DNA of 64,000 bases. It comes from Callorhinchus milii. Taxonomy: Eukaryota. The notes under the pieces were generated by a model. That model was not told the origin of the DNA. It worked only from the letters and a program-made list of their open reading frames with translations, and did no database searches. The stretch is taken from positions 77,750,001-77,814,000 of the forward strand of contig NW_024704743.1 of NCBI RefSeq assembly GCF_018977255.1, written 5' to 3'. The position numbers were made by a program, and so were the translations under genes. This document shows positions 51,491-64,000 of the stretch, piece after piece. Position 1 is the stretch's first letter. Each line of letters opens with the position of its first letter.

Positions 51491-52489
51491 CATGATCCAC
51501 TGAGATTCTGTTTAGAATCACATGTGACTAATGTCTTAGGTGAGGTAACTGTGACTGTTGTAGAACATTAAGAGTTCAGGAGAGGAGAATAGAGATAAAA
51601 GATTGGTTAAAAGAATAAAACAGGTAGCATTGATTACTTTGCACCATTTGACATCTCTTTCAATGTCCTGTGCAGCGTTCAAACTACTTGAACTTCCATA
51701 ATAACCAGCTCCATTATATGCTTCGTCAATAAAAGACACTACAGTATTATGCCACCGGAAGGAATACTAGAGTAGCTGCATGCTTTCAATATATTTTAAA
51801 TCACAACAGTTACCTTTCAGTGATGTTAAACAACGTAGTCTAACATGTAGTTTAAATTTAACAATTCCTAAAGCATTGAAATAAATTATTCTTAAGCGCG
51901 GGAGGCAAACCTCTGACTTTGCTCCAACTTGTGAGCACGAGGTACAGGATGAAATTACTCATTGGCAGACCAAGGAAGTGCACCAAAAACAATGATAGCT
52001 TATGGAGGTGTGTGGGGGTTGGAATAAAAATCCAGGGAGAAATTATTTTGTTTTTGATGTGATTTGGCTTGTCGCTCACTGTGAGTTAATTTGTATGATG
52101 GAGAGATTTAAAGCAAAGTTCATATCAATTATGCTCAAGCAATAGAGTGCTCCAATTACAGGCTCACACATGCAGTGTATGAAGATATCTTCAGGCAAAG
52201 AAATAGAATGAATGAATGAGTGAATGAATTCCATAATACAGGGGTCAGGAAATGTGGACAGATAACTTTTACAATCTGCTGCCAGAAATGAAGCCCAGTA
52301 GTGGCGTGAAAAGGTGACAAGAAATTACAAAGGAGATTTTCAAGTGTGAAAGGATGTTCCTCGCTCCAGATTCATTTCTGAATATTTTGTTTAGGGGCTT
52401 TAAAGCATTAACAAGATATGATCCAAATTGAGATTTCTCGGATTAAAATATTATTAATATAATTTTTTTTAAAAAATGAATCACATTGA

Positions 52490-52722
52490 AAGTGTAGTCT
52501 CAATCACCTGCAGTGTACCTCAAGGCTCTATCATTGAACCCGCCTCTTTCTCATTTACATGGTATCATTGTCTCTGGGTCAAAATCCTGGAATTCCAACA
52601 TTGGAGCAACATCATCACAGGACTGCAGAAGAAGGTTCACCAGTACCTACTCAGGTGCTGGAGATGGACATACATTGCTGGCACTGCCCATATCACCATA
52701 TCCTGAGACAGAATAAAATAAA
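52490..52722 (+). mobile_element. Deleted CR1/L2-group LINE fragment (RT motif joined to 3' end)
   Basis: ITCSVPQGSII followed by 'gggtcaaaatcctggaattcc...ggactgcagaagaaggttcaccag...aataaaataaa'. Confidence 0.6.
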
Positions 52723-55700
52723 TTGCTATGATTGTCAAAAACTAACCATCCTCGCATATATAGGATTATCCTGATAGTTCCTTAATTATTCCACAAAGGA
52801 TTGGATGTCCCAGCTTAAAGTTGATGTCTCCAGATCATGCACCACAAATACATTAATGTGCCGTGCTTCTTGTAGAATGCTCCACACGTGCTCACTGACA
52901 CTTGAATAAATTATGTCTGGTATGTATCAGATAATAAGGGTAAAGGATGGAGTGAGTTCTCTGGATGGATGCATATCCCTGAAACAGATTTTGACAGTGT
53001 GGCTGCCTGCTCACTTAGCTGCACATTGTAATCAATCACATTTTCAAACTCAAACCCAGAAATTGTTCCATTTGTTTATTGCTATTTATTACCTGGTTTA
53101 TATTCCCTGTACCGACCACTTGCACTGGAGGCAAAGGAGAACCCTGTCCATTAACCACTACTACTAGTAAGCCAGTTCTCTTCAACAGTTGAAAACATTT
53201 CAAGGAACCATTTCTGAGTGAAAATTGAGTTAAGTCATACCTCGTGTGTCTATTCTGTTGATACCACCGTCTCAGACACCAGGGCTCAAGTGCAAATCTC
53301 TCTGTGATTGCACCTCTGAAATTTAAATTATACAGTGTTTTTATGTGGAGATTTAGTGAACTTATTGCACTATTTCAGAGCAAAAGAGCATACCATGAAC
53401 TGGCTATATTGGTTATAATGGCCATAGCAGTATAGTCACGCAAGGTATAAGACATTGTCGTAAAACTGGGGAGTGTTGAGTTAACTTGAGTTCCTGGAAT
53501 AGTTCAGTTCAGTTTGTAGCCTGCTGGTCGCTGGGTCAAGTATGTGCTGGAGCAGGTGCTAGATACTGAGAAATATTTGCAACATTTTTTTCTTCACCTT
53601 CATATTGAATGAAACTTGTCGAGGCAGATGTGATGAGTGACCTGTGAACGGTACCGACTCACTGATTACCTCGCTGTGCAATCCTCAGTACTCAAACCAA
53701 GTAAAGTGTCTTGCTAGACACTCCGCTGAATCAGAATGCCCATTCACCCAAGAATTCACATCTCAAAACAAAGCTTTTATTTTCAGACACATCACTGACT
53801 TATAGCTGCTCCTTCCCTCCCTCCATTCCAGTTTAAAAAAAACTATCATTTTTAACAGCTCCTATAAAGACAAAACATCTCAAAACGATTCACAATAATT
53901 ACAGTCTGGTGTAACGACTATTTTTGTATAACATTAAATAAAAGTTTTTCTCTGAGTCTTAGTTGGCTCTGCGAGCCCTTTGTCTGTTTATCAATACTCT
54001 GCCTTGGCATGGGATGGCCAATTCCACAGCAATTTCCACCTGCTTCACAATATTTTGACTCCAGGCGTATGAATGTGAACATTCGCCCTGTGTATTGAAC
54101 CACAGACTCAGTTTAGTTCTTTGGTCATGCTTTTCTCTACGCTTGACTGCAACAAGCTGATAATTTACATCCTTCACTCAAGACTCTGGGTACTGAGTAA
54201 TTGCCCTTCTAAAGTTGAGGGGGCTTAAACTTTCTTGCTCGATGCTAAAGGCGAGGCCTGAATTCAGCTCTCAAGATCGCAGAAATGTGACTGAGCGTTA
54301 ATTAAAAAATCTTAGCGAAACATACCACAAAGTTTCATTTTCAAACACTTTTGATTGAAACTTGACGCAACAGATACAATTTGTGAATATACGAGGTATG
54401 TCTTACATTTTTAATGATATAAAAGAGCCTCTTTTTNCCCCCAAAAAAGTTCAATTGTAAGACATCATTCAAAGGAAGCAGATAAAAAATTACCAGTATC
54501 CTTCCATTGCTGAGAGAAACATAATGAAAAATGGTTCTGTATTATTGCAAAACAATTGTCTGTAGTGTAATCAAGTCTGTTTTGCCCTGCAACTACACCC
54601 GAATATAATGATACATGTATCATTAAGCAGCTGCCATGGGATGCCTCAGGATACCGGAGAATTTATAGTATGTTCCTTCCCTTTAACAATACTTCCAATA
54701 TGGTTTCAACTGGAGAAACAACAATTATTACAACAAATATTCAATTAATAGGGCACAGCCACCTACCCCCCTGAAAAAATCACTCTATTAAATTCATAGC
54801 TTATGGAAAAACTAAATAAAATCTTTCGGCAAGCAATGGCATGTGTAAACTAACAGCCTGGACCCCTTCGAACATGCCAGTAGTGATAAATGACTGTAGG
54901 ATTATATTCCACACCTGTAACAGCGAAAGGAAGATGACAGGTGAGATCTGATCACAGATGGATAAGGGTTATCTGCTCATGTTCCTGGATGGAGAGTTTT
55001 AGCTCCCTGTGTTTCTGGATAGAATGGCAAATTAATTGTGACACCTGCCATATATAATGTGTTTGACCTGCATACGCATGATAAAAAGCTGAAGTTAAGG
55101 ATATGACTTAACTTAAAAGAAGACACGTATTCATAGTCTGCGATTATTCCTGTTGCTTTCACAGTCTACAGGTGATAATTAACACCCCAACCGGTAAAAA
55201 CAAAGCAAGCATCAGCCATCATCTTAAACATGAACTAACGCCTGCATCATCATTTTTTTTGTGCTTATCCCTCCCCAAATTAAAATGTCCCACATGTACA
55301 AATTATAGAGAATACACAGGAGCCGTATGATCAAAGTTTCTCCACCTACAATTATCTCCACTCCGGTCGGTATTGGCTCATACTGGGGTGCAGATCCACT
55401 GACCATGGCTTTCCTCCGGTCATTGCCTAAGTGCTCATTCTTCAACACGTGAGCCTGGACACCAGGGTCAAAATTCCGGTTAACAAATGGTACTGAAGTA
55501 AAGGGATATGAACAGTGAGGTTGTATACTTATTTGTGTGGCAAAACTCTTAACAGTGTTAAATAAATATTCCTCTTTACGCTTGTCTCTGGTCTCTGGAA
55601 AGTTCAAACTGTGACATCCAGACTGTTTTCTGAAGCTAGTTTCGTAATGGGACCTCACCAACAAGCCCAGGATGATAGTCACCTGCTGGACATGTCTGCC

Positions 55701-56139
55701 ATACACAAGAGATCATTTCAATGGGAAATAGAACAGAAAAATTGTCTTTTAGTTCAGTTTTCTCTACAATTCTGGTGATGGAGGAGGAAGCTGAGTTCCC
55801 GTTGGAATTTAGACAAATCCTGTTTGGGGCCATTGGCAGGATTACCCAGAGCACAGCACAAAATACTGAAAGTTGCAGCTGCCCATCTAAATTCATAATC
55901 AAGGATTGGAACTGTGGATTTCTCCTGGTAGTTTTTTTGAACTTTTATAATAAAAATAATATCCCTTCCATTTGATTTTGCACCATTTCACGTCAGGAGG
56001 ATGTCTCAAAGCAGTTTATAAGGTATAATTTCAATTGGAATGAATGTGTGTTCTTTGGGGAACACGGCTCGTAAAGCGCCTTATTGTTACATTTGCTATT
56101 CGATTGTTTTAAATGGTTTTATCAAAATACCCCTCATTA

Positions 56140-56430
56140 ATAATAATCCTTTCATTTGAATAACACCTTATCAAATCATCAAAACACCTCAAACCTCTTC
56201 ACGGGATTTTACTATGAAGTCACTGTGTATTTTAGGTGAATACGGCAGCCAGTTTGTCTACAACAATGTCCCACAAACAGCCAATGAAGTAGAATTTTAT
56301 TTTCGGTGGATTGTTGGCCAGGACACTGGAAGAAATTCCCTTACATTTTCGAAGAGTGCCATGGAATCTTCACCGTCCACCTAAGAGGTAGACGGAGCCT
56401 CGGTTTAACGTCTCATCCAGACAATGCTGC
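56140..56430 (-). mobile_element. Deu-domain SINE 3' two-thirds
   Basis: 'ttggccaggacactgg...gtgccatggaatctt...gtccacc...gcctcggtttaacgtctcatcc'. Confidence 0.8.
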
Positions 56431-59400
56431 ACAGTGCATGCAGAAATACTCAAATCATTATTTCTGAAGGTCTTGAATGCATTTTCATACTGCAACACTG
56501 ACTCTGGCATTCAATTCACCAGAATCTCAGGTAAGTCTACATTATGTGAGAGGAACATGAGGAAGCCATTTGGTCCATCTAGCTGTTCAGCAAATTTTAT
56601 TTGTAAGTGGTAGATCTTTTAAACCAATTTCCTCACCCTTTCTCTATATCCCTTTATACCCTTACTTACCCATTCCCATCTATCTTCCCTTTTAGCATCC
56701 CAATTGATTCTGCTTCTAAATTATCTGTGATTTAACTGAGTGCATGGCAGGCTACGTAAGTCCACCACAATGTAATGATGTGTAACATACTGCATTTTAA
56801 TAATGAGAGCTGCTCAGGATGAATCTTTCATGAAACCAATCTGCCCAAGTCTCATTTCGAACCCTTTCAAAGGGGTAGTGGTAGACTGCAAATAAGGAGA
56901 TGATATCTAGAAACATAAGGTCAAGTTTGGTCTATTTCAAAGAGTGATTAGGTCCATATCTATTACAAAACTGTGTTAAAATCAAATTTAGAGTAAATTA
57001 AAGTAGACTTTAAAGACTAATGTGCAGTGATGAAGTTAAATAATTAATTCTCTTTTCTTCATTTTAATGTAAACGTGGTGAAATGGGTCTCCATTTAAAC
57101 AGTGCTTCCAAAGTTGTCTTGCGTGGCTCTAAGTACTTACCAAGCCCACTGTAATACAAGATTGAGGAAATATTCCTCCCATGTCCGTCATTTTAAATAA
57201 TTAATGTAACAACAATGTCTTTACTATATATCCTCTAATGGCTTCTCTCATTCTCACAAAGACATTTACCGTACAAGGCACATCCACTTGACAGATCGCC
57301 ATTGAATGAATGTGGACTGTTGACGCATTCAAATAAAGAAATTAACAGATTCCTGATTAAACAGAGGGATATAAAAACAATAATAATTCTTGGCTTTGAT
57401 ACAGCACCTTATCACATCAAAATCTTTCAAAGCACTTCACAGAGTTTTCTCTGTACTGGGGTCTCCGTACAAGAGTCTTCAGGCTAGACAATGAGCCTAA
57501 AGTGCTCAGCAAGGAGCTTGAATCTACAACCTTCCAACTCAGAAATGAGAGATTTGATACCCAGGATTGAGGGAGATGAAAACTGCTGGAGTGTGTCCCA
57601 TATGTGTATCTAAACAATAGAGGAAGCTATATTGTCTGAATGAGAGCTGCCTTATTCTGGAAGTTGGGAGTAGTATTTTGCTTTATATTAGGACAGGTTC
57701 CAGAGATATAAGCACACAATATGATTTCAACCTTCCTTATCCAATATTGGCCAAATTTCTAGATCAAATTCCTGCAAAAGATGTCCACGTATCTCCACAT
57801 TCCCTCCACCTTTTTATGCAGTTCCATTTCAAACCTTAGTTGTGTAGAAGTCAATCGAGAATCCACGTGTCACATGAATTTTCCAATTTACAACAGAATT
57901 GCCAAGCTCCATTCTCCAATGATGTTTTAATGTCTATTTGACAGTGCCTCTTGTTGTTATACATAGATCCTTATAAGGAAAGAACAGAGAAAGGCCCAGA
58001 GGCTCATTGAGCCCACATGTTTGAGTCACATTCTTTTTAAGTGTTAAATATTATGTACCAACCCTACAATAGCGTAAATGTCAATATGTAGAGGTGTGTG
58101 ACCATTTTATATTTCTGGATAAGAACCACTAAAGAATATCCTTCTACAAGTTCCTGCTAATCATCTGATCATTCCAGAATAATATTTCTACAGCACCCTT
58201 TACACAGGGTTGCGGAGTTTGATGCTGAGCCGGAAGGAGGGGGAGGTGACCATAGGCACCATCGAAGAGGAAGGTCTTCAACTGTGCTTAATAGTCAGTA
58301 ATCCCTATATTCAGGAGACGGTTATAGTTAACTATAAAACTCAACTGATAAATGAGAAGGATGTCATGAATCTCCACCTTCAAATTGCAGCTGTATTACA
58401 ATTCTGCGGATAACAGAGGGTGAGTGTATGTCTACTTTTTTTTCTAAATTTCTAATTTGACCCTTCCATTCAATAGCAACTTAGATGTATTTTTAACCCA
58501 AACCGGTGCAGTATTTTGTAATGGAGTGCAGTACTTACAATGTGTTCTGGTACTTTTCAGGGCAATCAATAAGAGACGTGAGATGTGTAAGTCAGGGCTG
58601 AATATTAATCTAGCACTGCGTTTGTTTCCCAGCACTCTGCAGGATCTATCCATCTTGTAAGGCCTCTGAGGGTAATTTGTTTTGTCTGCACAGCCCGCAA
58701 AAACTGCAGATTGCAAAAACATCACAATTAAAGTGCAGTCACAATTAAAGCAGATGCAGGGGGCAAAAAAACAGCTGCTTCATTATTAGGCATTTTATTC
58801 CGAGCACAGATTCTGTTCCACTTGTTTCAGGTTTGCCTTTCCAGAGGTATAATAGTCCTGTCTCCAAAACCCTTTTTCCCTTTTCAGTAAATTTATACAA
58901 TATGCCCATTCATTACTTTGATATTATTTTTAATTTGTTCAATATACATCTCTTAATAGAGGACTAATGAGCAGTAGTGTATCTAATAATATTAATAATA
59001 ATCCTTACATTTGATTTAGCATTATCATATGTCAAAATATCTCAAATATCGACATTATATTAACCAGAGACATATCTAAGACTAGGTTTGCATTTTATTG
59101 CAGTGCAATACTTGGTTCAGTCTATCCATTAAAAAGTACTTGGCACAGGAAATGGAATGAGCTGGGCAACTGACCAGGAAACTGGTCTACACTGAATCCC
59201 TTGTGAAAGACCATAAAGTTCAGTGCACCTTTACAGTGCCTTTCACTTAAGATATAATATCTCAAACAACTTTACAATGGTAATAAGGATATTAATAATA
59301 ATCCTTACATTTGATATAGCACTTCATCAAGACATCTCTTCACAGGATTTTGCAGTAAAGTGCTGTGACTCTGTATCTTGTGGGCAAACACAGCAGCCAA

Positions 59401-59500
59401 TTTGCACGATAATGTCCCACAAACAGCCATGGAGTGAATGACCAAGCAAGAAAGGAAGGAAAGGGATTTTAAGAGAAGTTGACTAAAGATATGGTTTGAA

Positions 59501-59817
59501 AATAATAATAATAATAATCCTTGCATTTGATATAGCACTTTTCACATCTTCTAGACGTCCCAAAGTGCTTCACAGAATATACTGTAAAGTGAATTGACTG
59601 TATTTGTGGGCGAACGCGGCAGCCAATTGCGCACTACAATGTCCCACAGACAGTCATGGATTGAAAATGACCAAGTTATTATTGTTTTTTTTTTGGAGGG
59701 ATTATTATTAGGCGTGTGGAGTAAGGAAACTTGCCCAAGGTTTCGCCCTGCCTGGAATTGAACTCAGGTCTCTCACTTGCAAAGCGAGTGCTCTAACCAC
59801 TGAGCTACAGGACTCCA
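59501..59817 (-). mobile_element. Young tRNA-Ala-headed SINE, short subfamily, inserted in an old L2 fragment (about 59445-59925)
   Basis: Full-length; anticodon arm ctcgc-TTTGCAA-gtgag; flanks read as an L2 3' end on the minus strand. Confidence 0.92.
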
Positions 59818-60099
59818 CAAGGTACATTTTTGGCCAGGTTTCAAAGACAGGGGAGTGGAGGTGCAAGGTGAAGTGATTTCTGGGAAGGAGTTTTACAAAA
59901 TGGAGGTATAGAGGATGAAGGCTTATGGATGGAGGTGTATGGATATGGGCAGACACACCAACCATTTTTAAACGCAACAATATCCCACAAACAGCAACAA
60001 AGTGAATGATCATTTTACTCTGATGGGTCTAAGGCCTTTCTGAATAATTTATAGTGGGAAATATTTTTTTACTACTCCCGTAGTAAATTTTCTATTTGT

Positions 60100-60350
60100 G
60101 TCCAGGTCACCAGAAGAAACTCTTTTCTTTTTAAATAGTATTATAGGATTGTTAAGGTCCACCTGAACAGGCAGACGGGATCCTGTTATAACATTTTATC
60201 TGAAGGACAGCACCTCTGACAGTGGAGCACTGCTCTCTGTATTACATTGGAGTGTCAGCCTAGACTATGAACTGAAAGTCTCAATGTGGGGCTTGGAACC
60301 ATAACCTTCTGACTCTGAGGTGAGAGTGCTACCAATTGAGTCTAGCTGCC
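60100..60350 (-). mobile_element. Deu-domain SINE 5' and middle part
   Basis: 'gtccacctgaacaggcagacggg...gaaggacagcacctctgacagt...ggagtgtcagcctagact...ttctgactctgaggtgagagtgctacc'. Confidence 0.8.
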
Positions 60351-60754
60351 ACCTGCAAACACAATTTGCTGCACATGTCACAGAAGCCCTGTATGCACAA
60401 AGCCCTGTCATTGTGACACATGTAGAAGCTCTACCTTTCCTGTAATCAATGCGTGACTTGGGAATTATAAATCATAATTGCATAATTGCACATCTATTCT
60501 GAGTTATTTACAGGGCGAAGCATTTTTTTTACTACTCCCACACACTTTAGAATACATTTTCTATTGGTCCCTTCCATATCACATGCCTTTTTCTGAGAAA
60601 TAGCAATTCAATTCCAAATGACAAAATGAGAAAGCATTAGAAGAGAAAAGGTCATTCGAATCATCAAACCCACTCTATCCATTACACATAAGTATCATGA
60701 ACTCCACCCACCCTCCTGGATAAAACTCTGCATAGATACTCCTAGACTGCCTCA

Positions 60755-61386
60755 CACTGCCACTGTCTCACACTGCAGACCGACAAAACCCTCACACACT
60801 CTTTCATGGCTTGACTATGCAAACTCCTTGCTTGTTGGCCTCCCCAACTCCTCCCTCCACAGGTTGCAGATCATCCAGAACTCTGCACCCCATGTCCTCT
60901 CCCACACCAGGCTCCGTGACCCTATCACCCCCATCCTCGCCTGACTCCACTGACTTTCAATCACACAGAGGATACAGTTCAAGATCCTGGTCCTCACCTT
61001 CAAAGCCCTCCATGGTCTTGCTCCCCGCTACATCTGCGTCCTCCTAACCCTCTACCATCCTGCTTACTCCCTCTGCTCAGCGGGCTCTGGCCTGCTTCAC
61101 GTCCCCCGCCTCGCTTGCCCCACCATTGGCGGGCAGGCCTTCTGCCACTCTGCCACCACTCTCTGGAACTCCATCCCACAGTCCTTCTGCCTCGTCCCCT
61201 CTCTTGCCTCCTTCAAGACCCATCTCAAGACCCTCCTCTTCGACTGTGCTTTTGATCACCCTGCTTCCCCTCCTGCACTCCCTCCCTGATCCCGACCCCC
61301 AGCTCAGGTCCAGAACTCTAATTGTCTAGCACCTTGGGACATACTCCCAACGTGAAAGGTGCTCTACAAATATAATTTTGTTGTTG
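60755..61386 (+). mobile_element. L2 3' fragment
   Basis: LDYANSLL, LQIIQNSA, RIQFKIL, GGQAF, LWNSIP, LKTLLF; L2 tail. Confidence 0.9.
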
Positions 61387-61547
61387 AGGCCAAAAATTCT
61401 GGAATTACAGAATATTCATCCACTTCTGTGCTGGATAGAAGAAACACTGATAAGCTGCTTGGTGAGAGGGGGCAACACTTTTGTGTGCTAGAATATGAAT
61501 ACTCCCAGTTTTGCACAGAGCACGTATCTATTTCTAACTGGGACAAA

Positions 61548-61865
61548 TAATAATAATTACTAGATGTCTCAAAGCACTTCACAGAATATACTGTAAAGTG
61601 AATTGACTGTATATCAGTCAATTGAGCACAGCAGTGTCCCACAAACATAGATTGAGCAACCAAATATGATTTTTATTGAAGGAATTATTACCCCCGGAAA
61701 AGCGATCTGCCAATTGACTAATAACCGGGTTGTTAGTCAATTGCCAGGTAAACAGATGCGTATGAAGTAAGGAAACTTGCACAACGTTTTGCCCTGCTGG
61801 GGAATCAAACCCAGGTCTCTCACTTGCAAGGCGAGTGCTCTAAGCACTGAGCTACAGGATTCCAC
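61548..61865 (-). mobile_element. tRNA-Ala-headed SINE, long subfamily
   Basis: Head 'tcctgtagctcagtgcttagagcactcgccttgcaagtgag' on the minus strand; long internal segment as at 24362. Confidence 0.85.
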
Positions 61866-61944
61866 AACAAATGGTGGCGACACCCAAATCCTTCTAGCTC
61901 AGGGCAATGTATATACCTGTTTTAACAGAGGATTAAAGAACAGT

Positions 61945-62120
61945 AGTGTATCATAATAAAATATTTGCCTTTGATGTGCTTATCATAAATGTCTCAAAAT
62001 GCTTCACAGAATTTACTGTAAATAGTAGTGACTGTGTATTTGTGGAGAATGTGTATATCCCGTGGAGCGCTTTGAGACATTTCGATGATGTGATAAGGCT
62101 TATTATTATTGTTATTATTA
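61945..62120. mobile_element. Two SINE 3' fragments in opposite orientation
   Basis: Minus tail at about 61945-62045 abuts plus tail at about 62050-62120. Confidence 0.65.
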
Positions 62121-62559
62121 ACAATTCGGATAACATGGCAGCCAATTTACACACAAACAGCCATAAAGTAAATGTCCAATTTGTGAAAGAGTGAACATCA
62201 CTCAATTCAATGGGTTGTAAATCAGAACCGATCCCACAGGATAATCAAATTAGTTGTTATTTTAAATGCAGATTATCAGACAATAGGTTCACATTTTTAT
62301 GGATTCTTATATTTTAATCATGTCTTAACTCTCTTTATGCATTTATGTAACCTGAATTACTCACTAGATGGGGGACAGATGGCAGCTGGGGGGCAAGTGT
62401 AGGGAGTGTGAGGGGAGGCTACTGTGCTGTTCATATTGTGTGTGTTGAAGAACCAGCTTGGCTCACGAAAATCGTGAGATGCAATAACTATGTACCATGT
62501 CTCAAAAGCTCATTGCATCTTGAAAATAATATCTTGTCACTTATGCATATAATTTTTTT

Positions 62560-62708
62560 GCCTAGAAATGAACAATCACTATGACTTCCAATAAAGCCTG
62601 TGAAAGGCTTTGAGACATTTCTACAACATGATTAGGCATTATATCAAATGCTGTTATTATTATTAATAACAGTAATAATTAATAATTATTATTAATAATA
62701 ATAAATAA
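62560..62708 (+). mobile_element. SINE 3' fragment with expanded (TTA/AAT)n tail; representative of about 20 further tail-only copies (e.g. near 2365, 8625, 9950, 12090, 24035, 25395, 26050, 30715, 33690, 40100, 40290, 57375, 59290)
   Basis: Recurrent 'ctgtgaa...ctttgagac...tatatcaaatgc' motif on either strand. Confidence 0.7.
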
Positions 62709-64000
62709 CTTGATGTCATAGGCCATGAGCAGGATTGAAAATCTATATTGGGATATTTAACTCAGGGGACTTCCCCAAGGTAACACTAATCCCAGTTACG
62801 ATGGGCAGGGATTCAAACAGCTCGCTGGGGTGTTAGCATATATGATCGGCAATGAGCAAGGAAGAAGCCCAGCAGTGAAAGAGTTAATGCCATTTTGAAA
62901 TCTCTGAAATCTTGTCACATGGCATTTAACACATTTTCCTCTCTAATCTGTTTCACTGACTAGTGGCCACAGCCCAATAATGTCAGTAACTTTTGCCTTC
63001 CTTTCAGCTACACTGTCTTAGCCAACAAAAGCCACAAGGGACCAGCTCAGTGCAAGGAAACTTCTTTCACTTAATCAATGACCTTGTTGCCATAGCAGTG
63101 TAACATAAGGTGCCACAGATGATGACTTGATTTCTTTTCCCATCTGAAGTGGAAAGGAGAAGACAGACTAAATGAAATCCCATCCATCTTAATGAAATAC
63201 AATTATTTTGTCCTTATTAATCATTTAAAAATCAATATGTCTCTTTGTGGTGAGCCCGCACTAGAATTCGTCATTTTGCACTAGGTCTCAATACATCTTG
63301 TCTTGCGGAGATTTCCCAAGTTTAGTCACCTGCATCCCTCTTCCAATAGCTGCAGTTGCAGCATGGATCATGATCTTGAGAGTGAGTTACTGGCAAGGAA
63401 TTCAAGCTGGAGAGGTAGCAAGCCCTGACTCTCAGAGCCAGTTCTTAAAAGTAGCATCTGGCTGTTGTTAATGGGAAATTATTGATTAACTTAATAACCC
63501 AATAAACTACTAAAATTCTGGGTGCCTCAGTTCCTCAGTTGACAAAGCCTCCTCATTGCAAAGCTTCTACACTATTATTTCACCAAGCTTTGATTTATAA
63601 AATATATTTGCAAATACCTTTAAAGATTTTTTTTCAAACAGACCATGTTATGAGAGGGATGGGTAGATGTGTGTGTGTGTGTGTGGATGGGGGGGGAGGA
63701 AGAGTTGTAATCCTAAAAGCGGCACAATGACAATTTCGATGACTGACTGATCAGTTTCATAAGCTGAGAACCCAAGCACCGAGTCAGTCTGCTCAGGATG
63801 ATTTACATCGGCAGTCATCAGTAAATAAATTACTGTAATAACGTCTCGGAGAAAGGATCAGGATGAAATATTTATGGAAATTCAAGTGAGGACACTTTAA
63901 AATGGGGTTGGACAATAATGTCGTAGACCCATATAGCACACGAGTCAGACCCAGTTTAAACGGACTCTATCTCTTGCAAAATACAAACAACCACAGGTTC

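Noticed and set aside
54437..54437. Single ambiguous base n
   Set aside because: Assembly uncertainty between homopolymer runs, not biology
55224..55706. 160-aa minus-strand ORF
   Set aside because: Non-ATG start, no recognisable homology or convincing splice sites; kept only as part of the repeat-free block finding

Overview
Repeat-rich, CpG-depleted vertebrate genomic DNA with no recognisable host protein-coding gene, so probably intergenic or deep intronic. The repeat content points to a cartilaginous fish, possibly a holocephalan; this is an inference from recalled repeat families, not a database match. Every recognisable ORF is a decayed retroelement. The window holds many L2 and CR1 LINE fragments, a heavily eroded minus-strand L1-clade element at about 26.3-29.5 kb that the ORF track misses, and a 1.2-kb minisatellite. 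Two tRNA-derived SINE families share one L2-like 3' tail: an older Deu-domain type and a younger tRNA-Ala-headed, CORE-like type. Also present are a 660-bp solo LTR with a 4-bp TSD, a Penelope-type terminal fragment with a degenerate hammerhead ribozyme core, a palindromic MITE and an LF-SINE-like relic. Several repeat-free, motif-dense stretches may be conserved non-coding elements, and a few isolated exon-like segments are possible but unproven. I found no convincing wholly new system; the best leads are listed as findings. Repeat boundaries were set by eye and are approximate unless a TSD is given.
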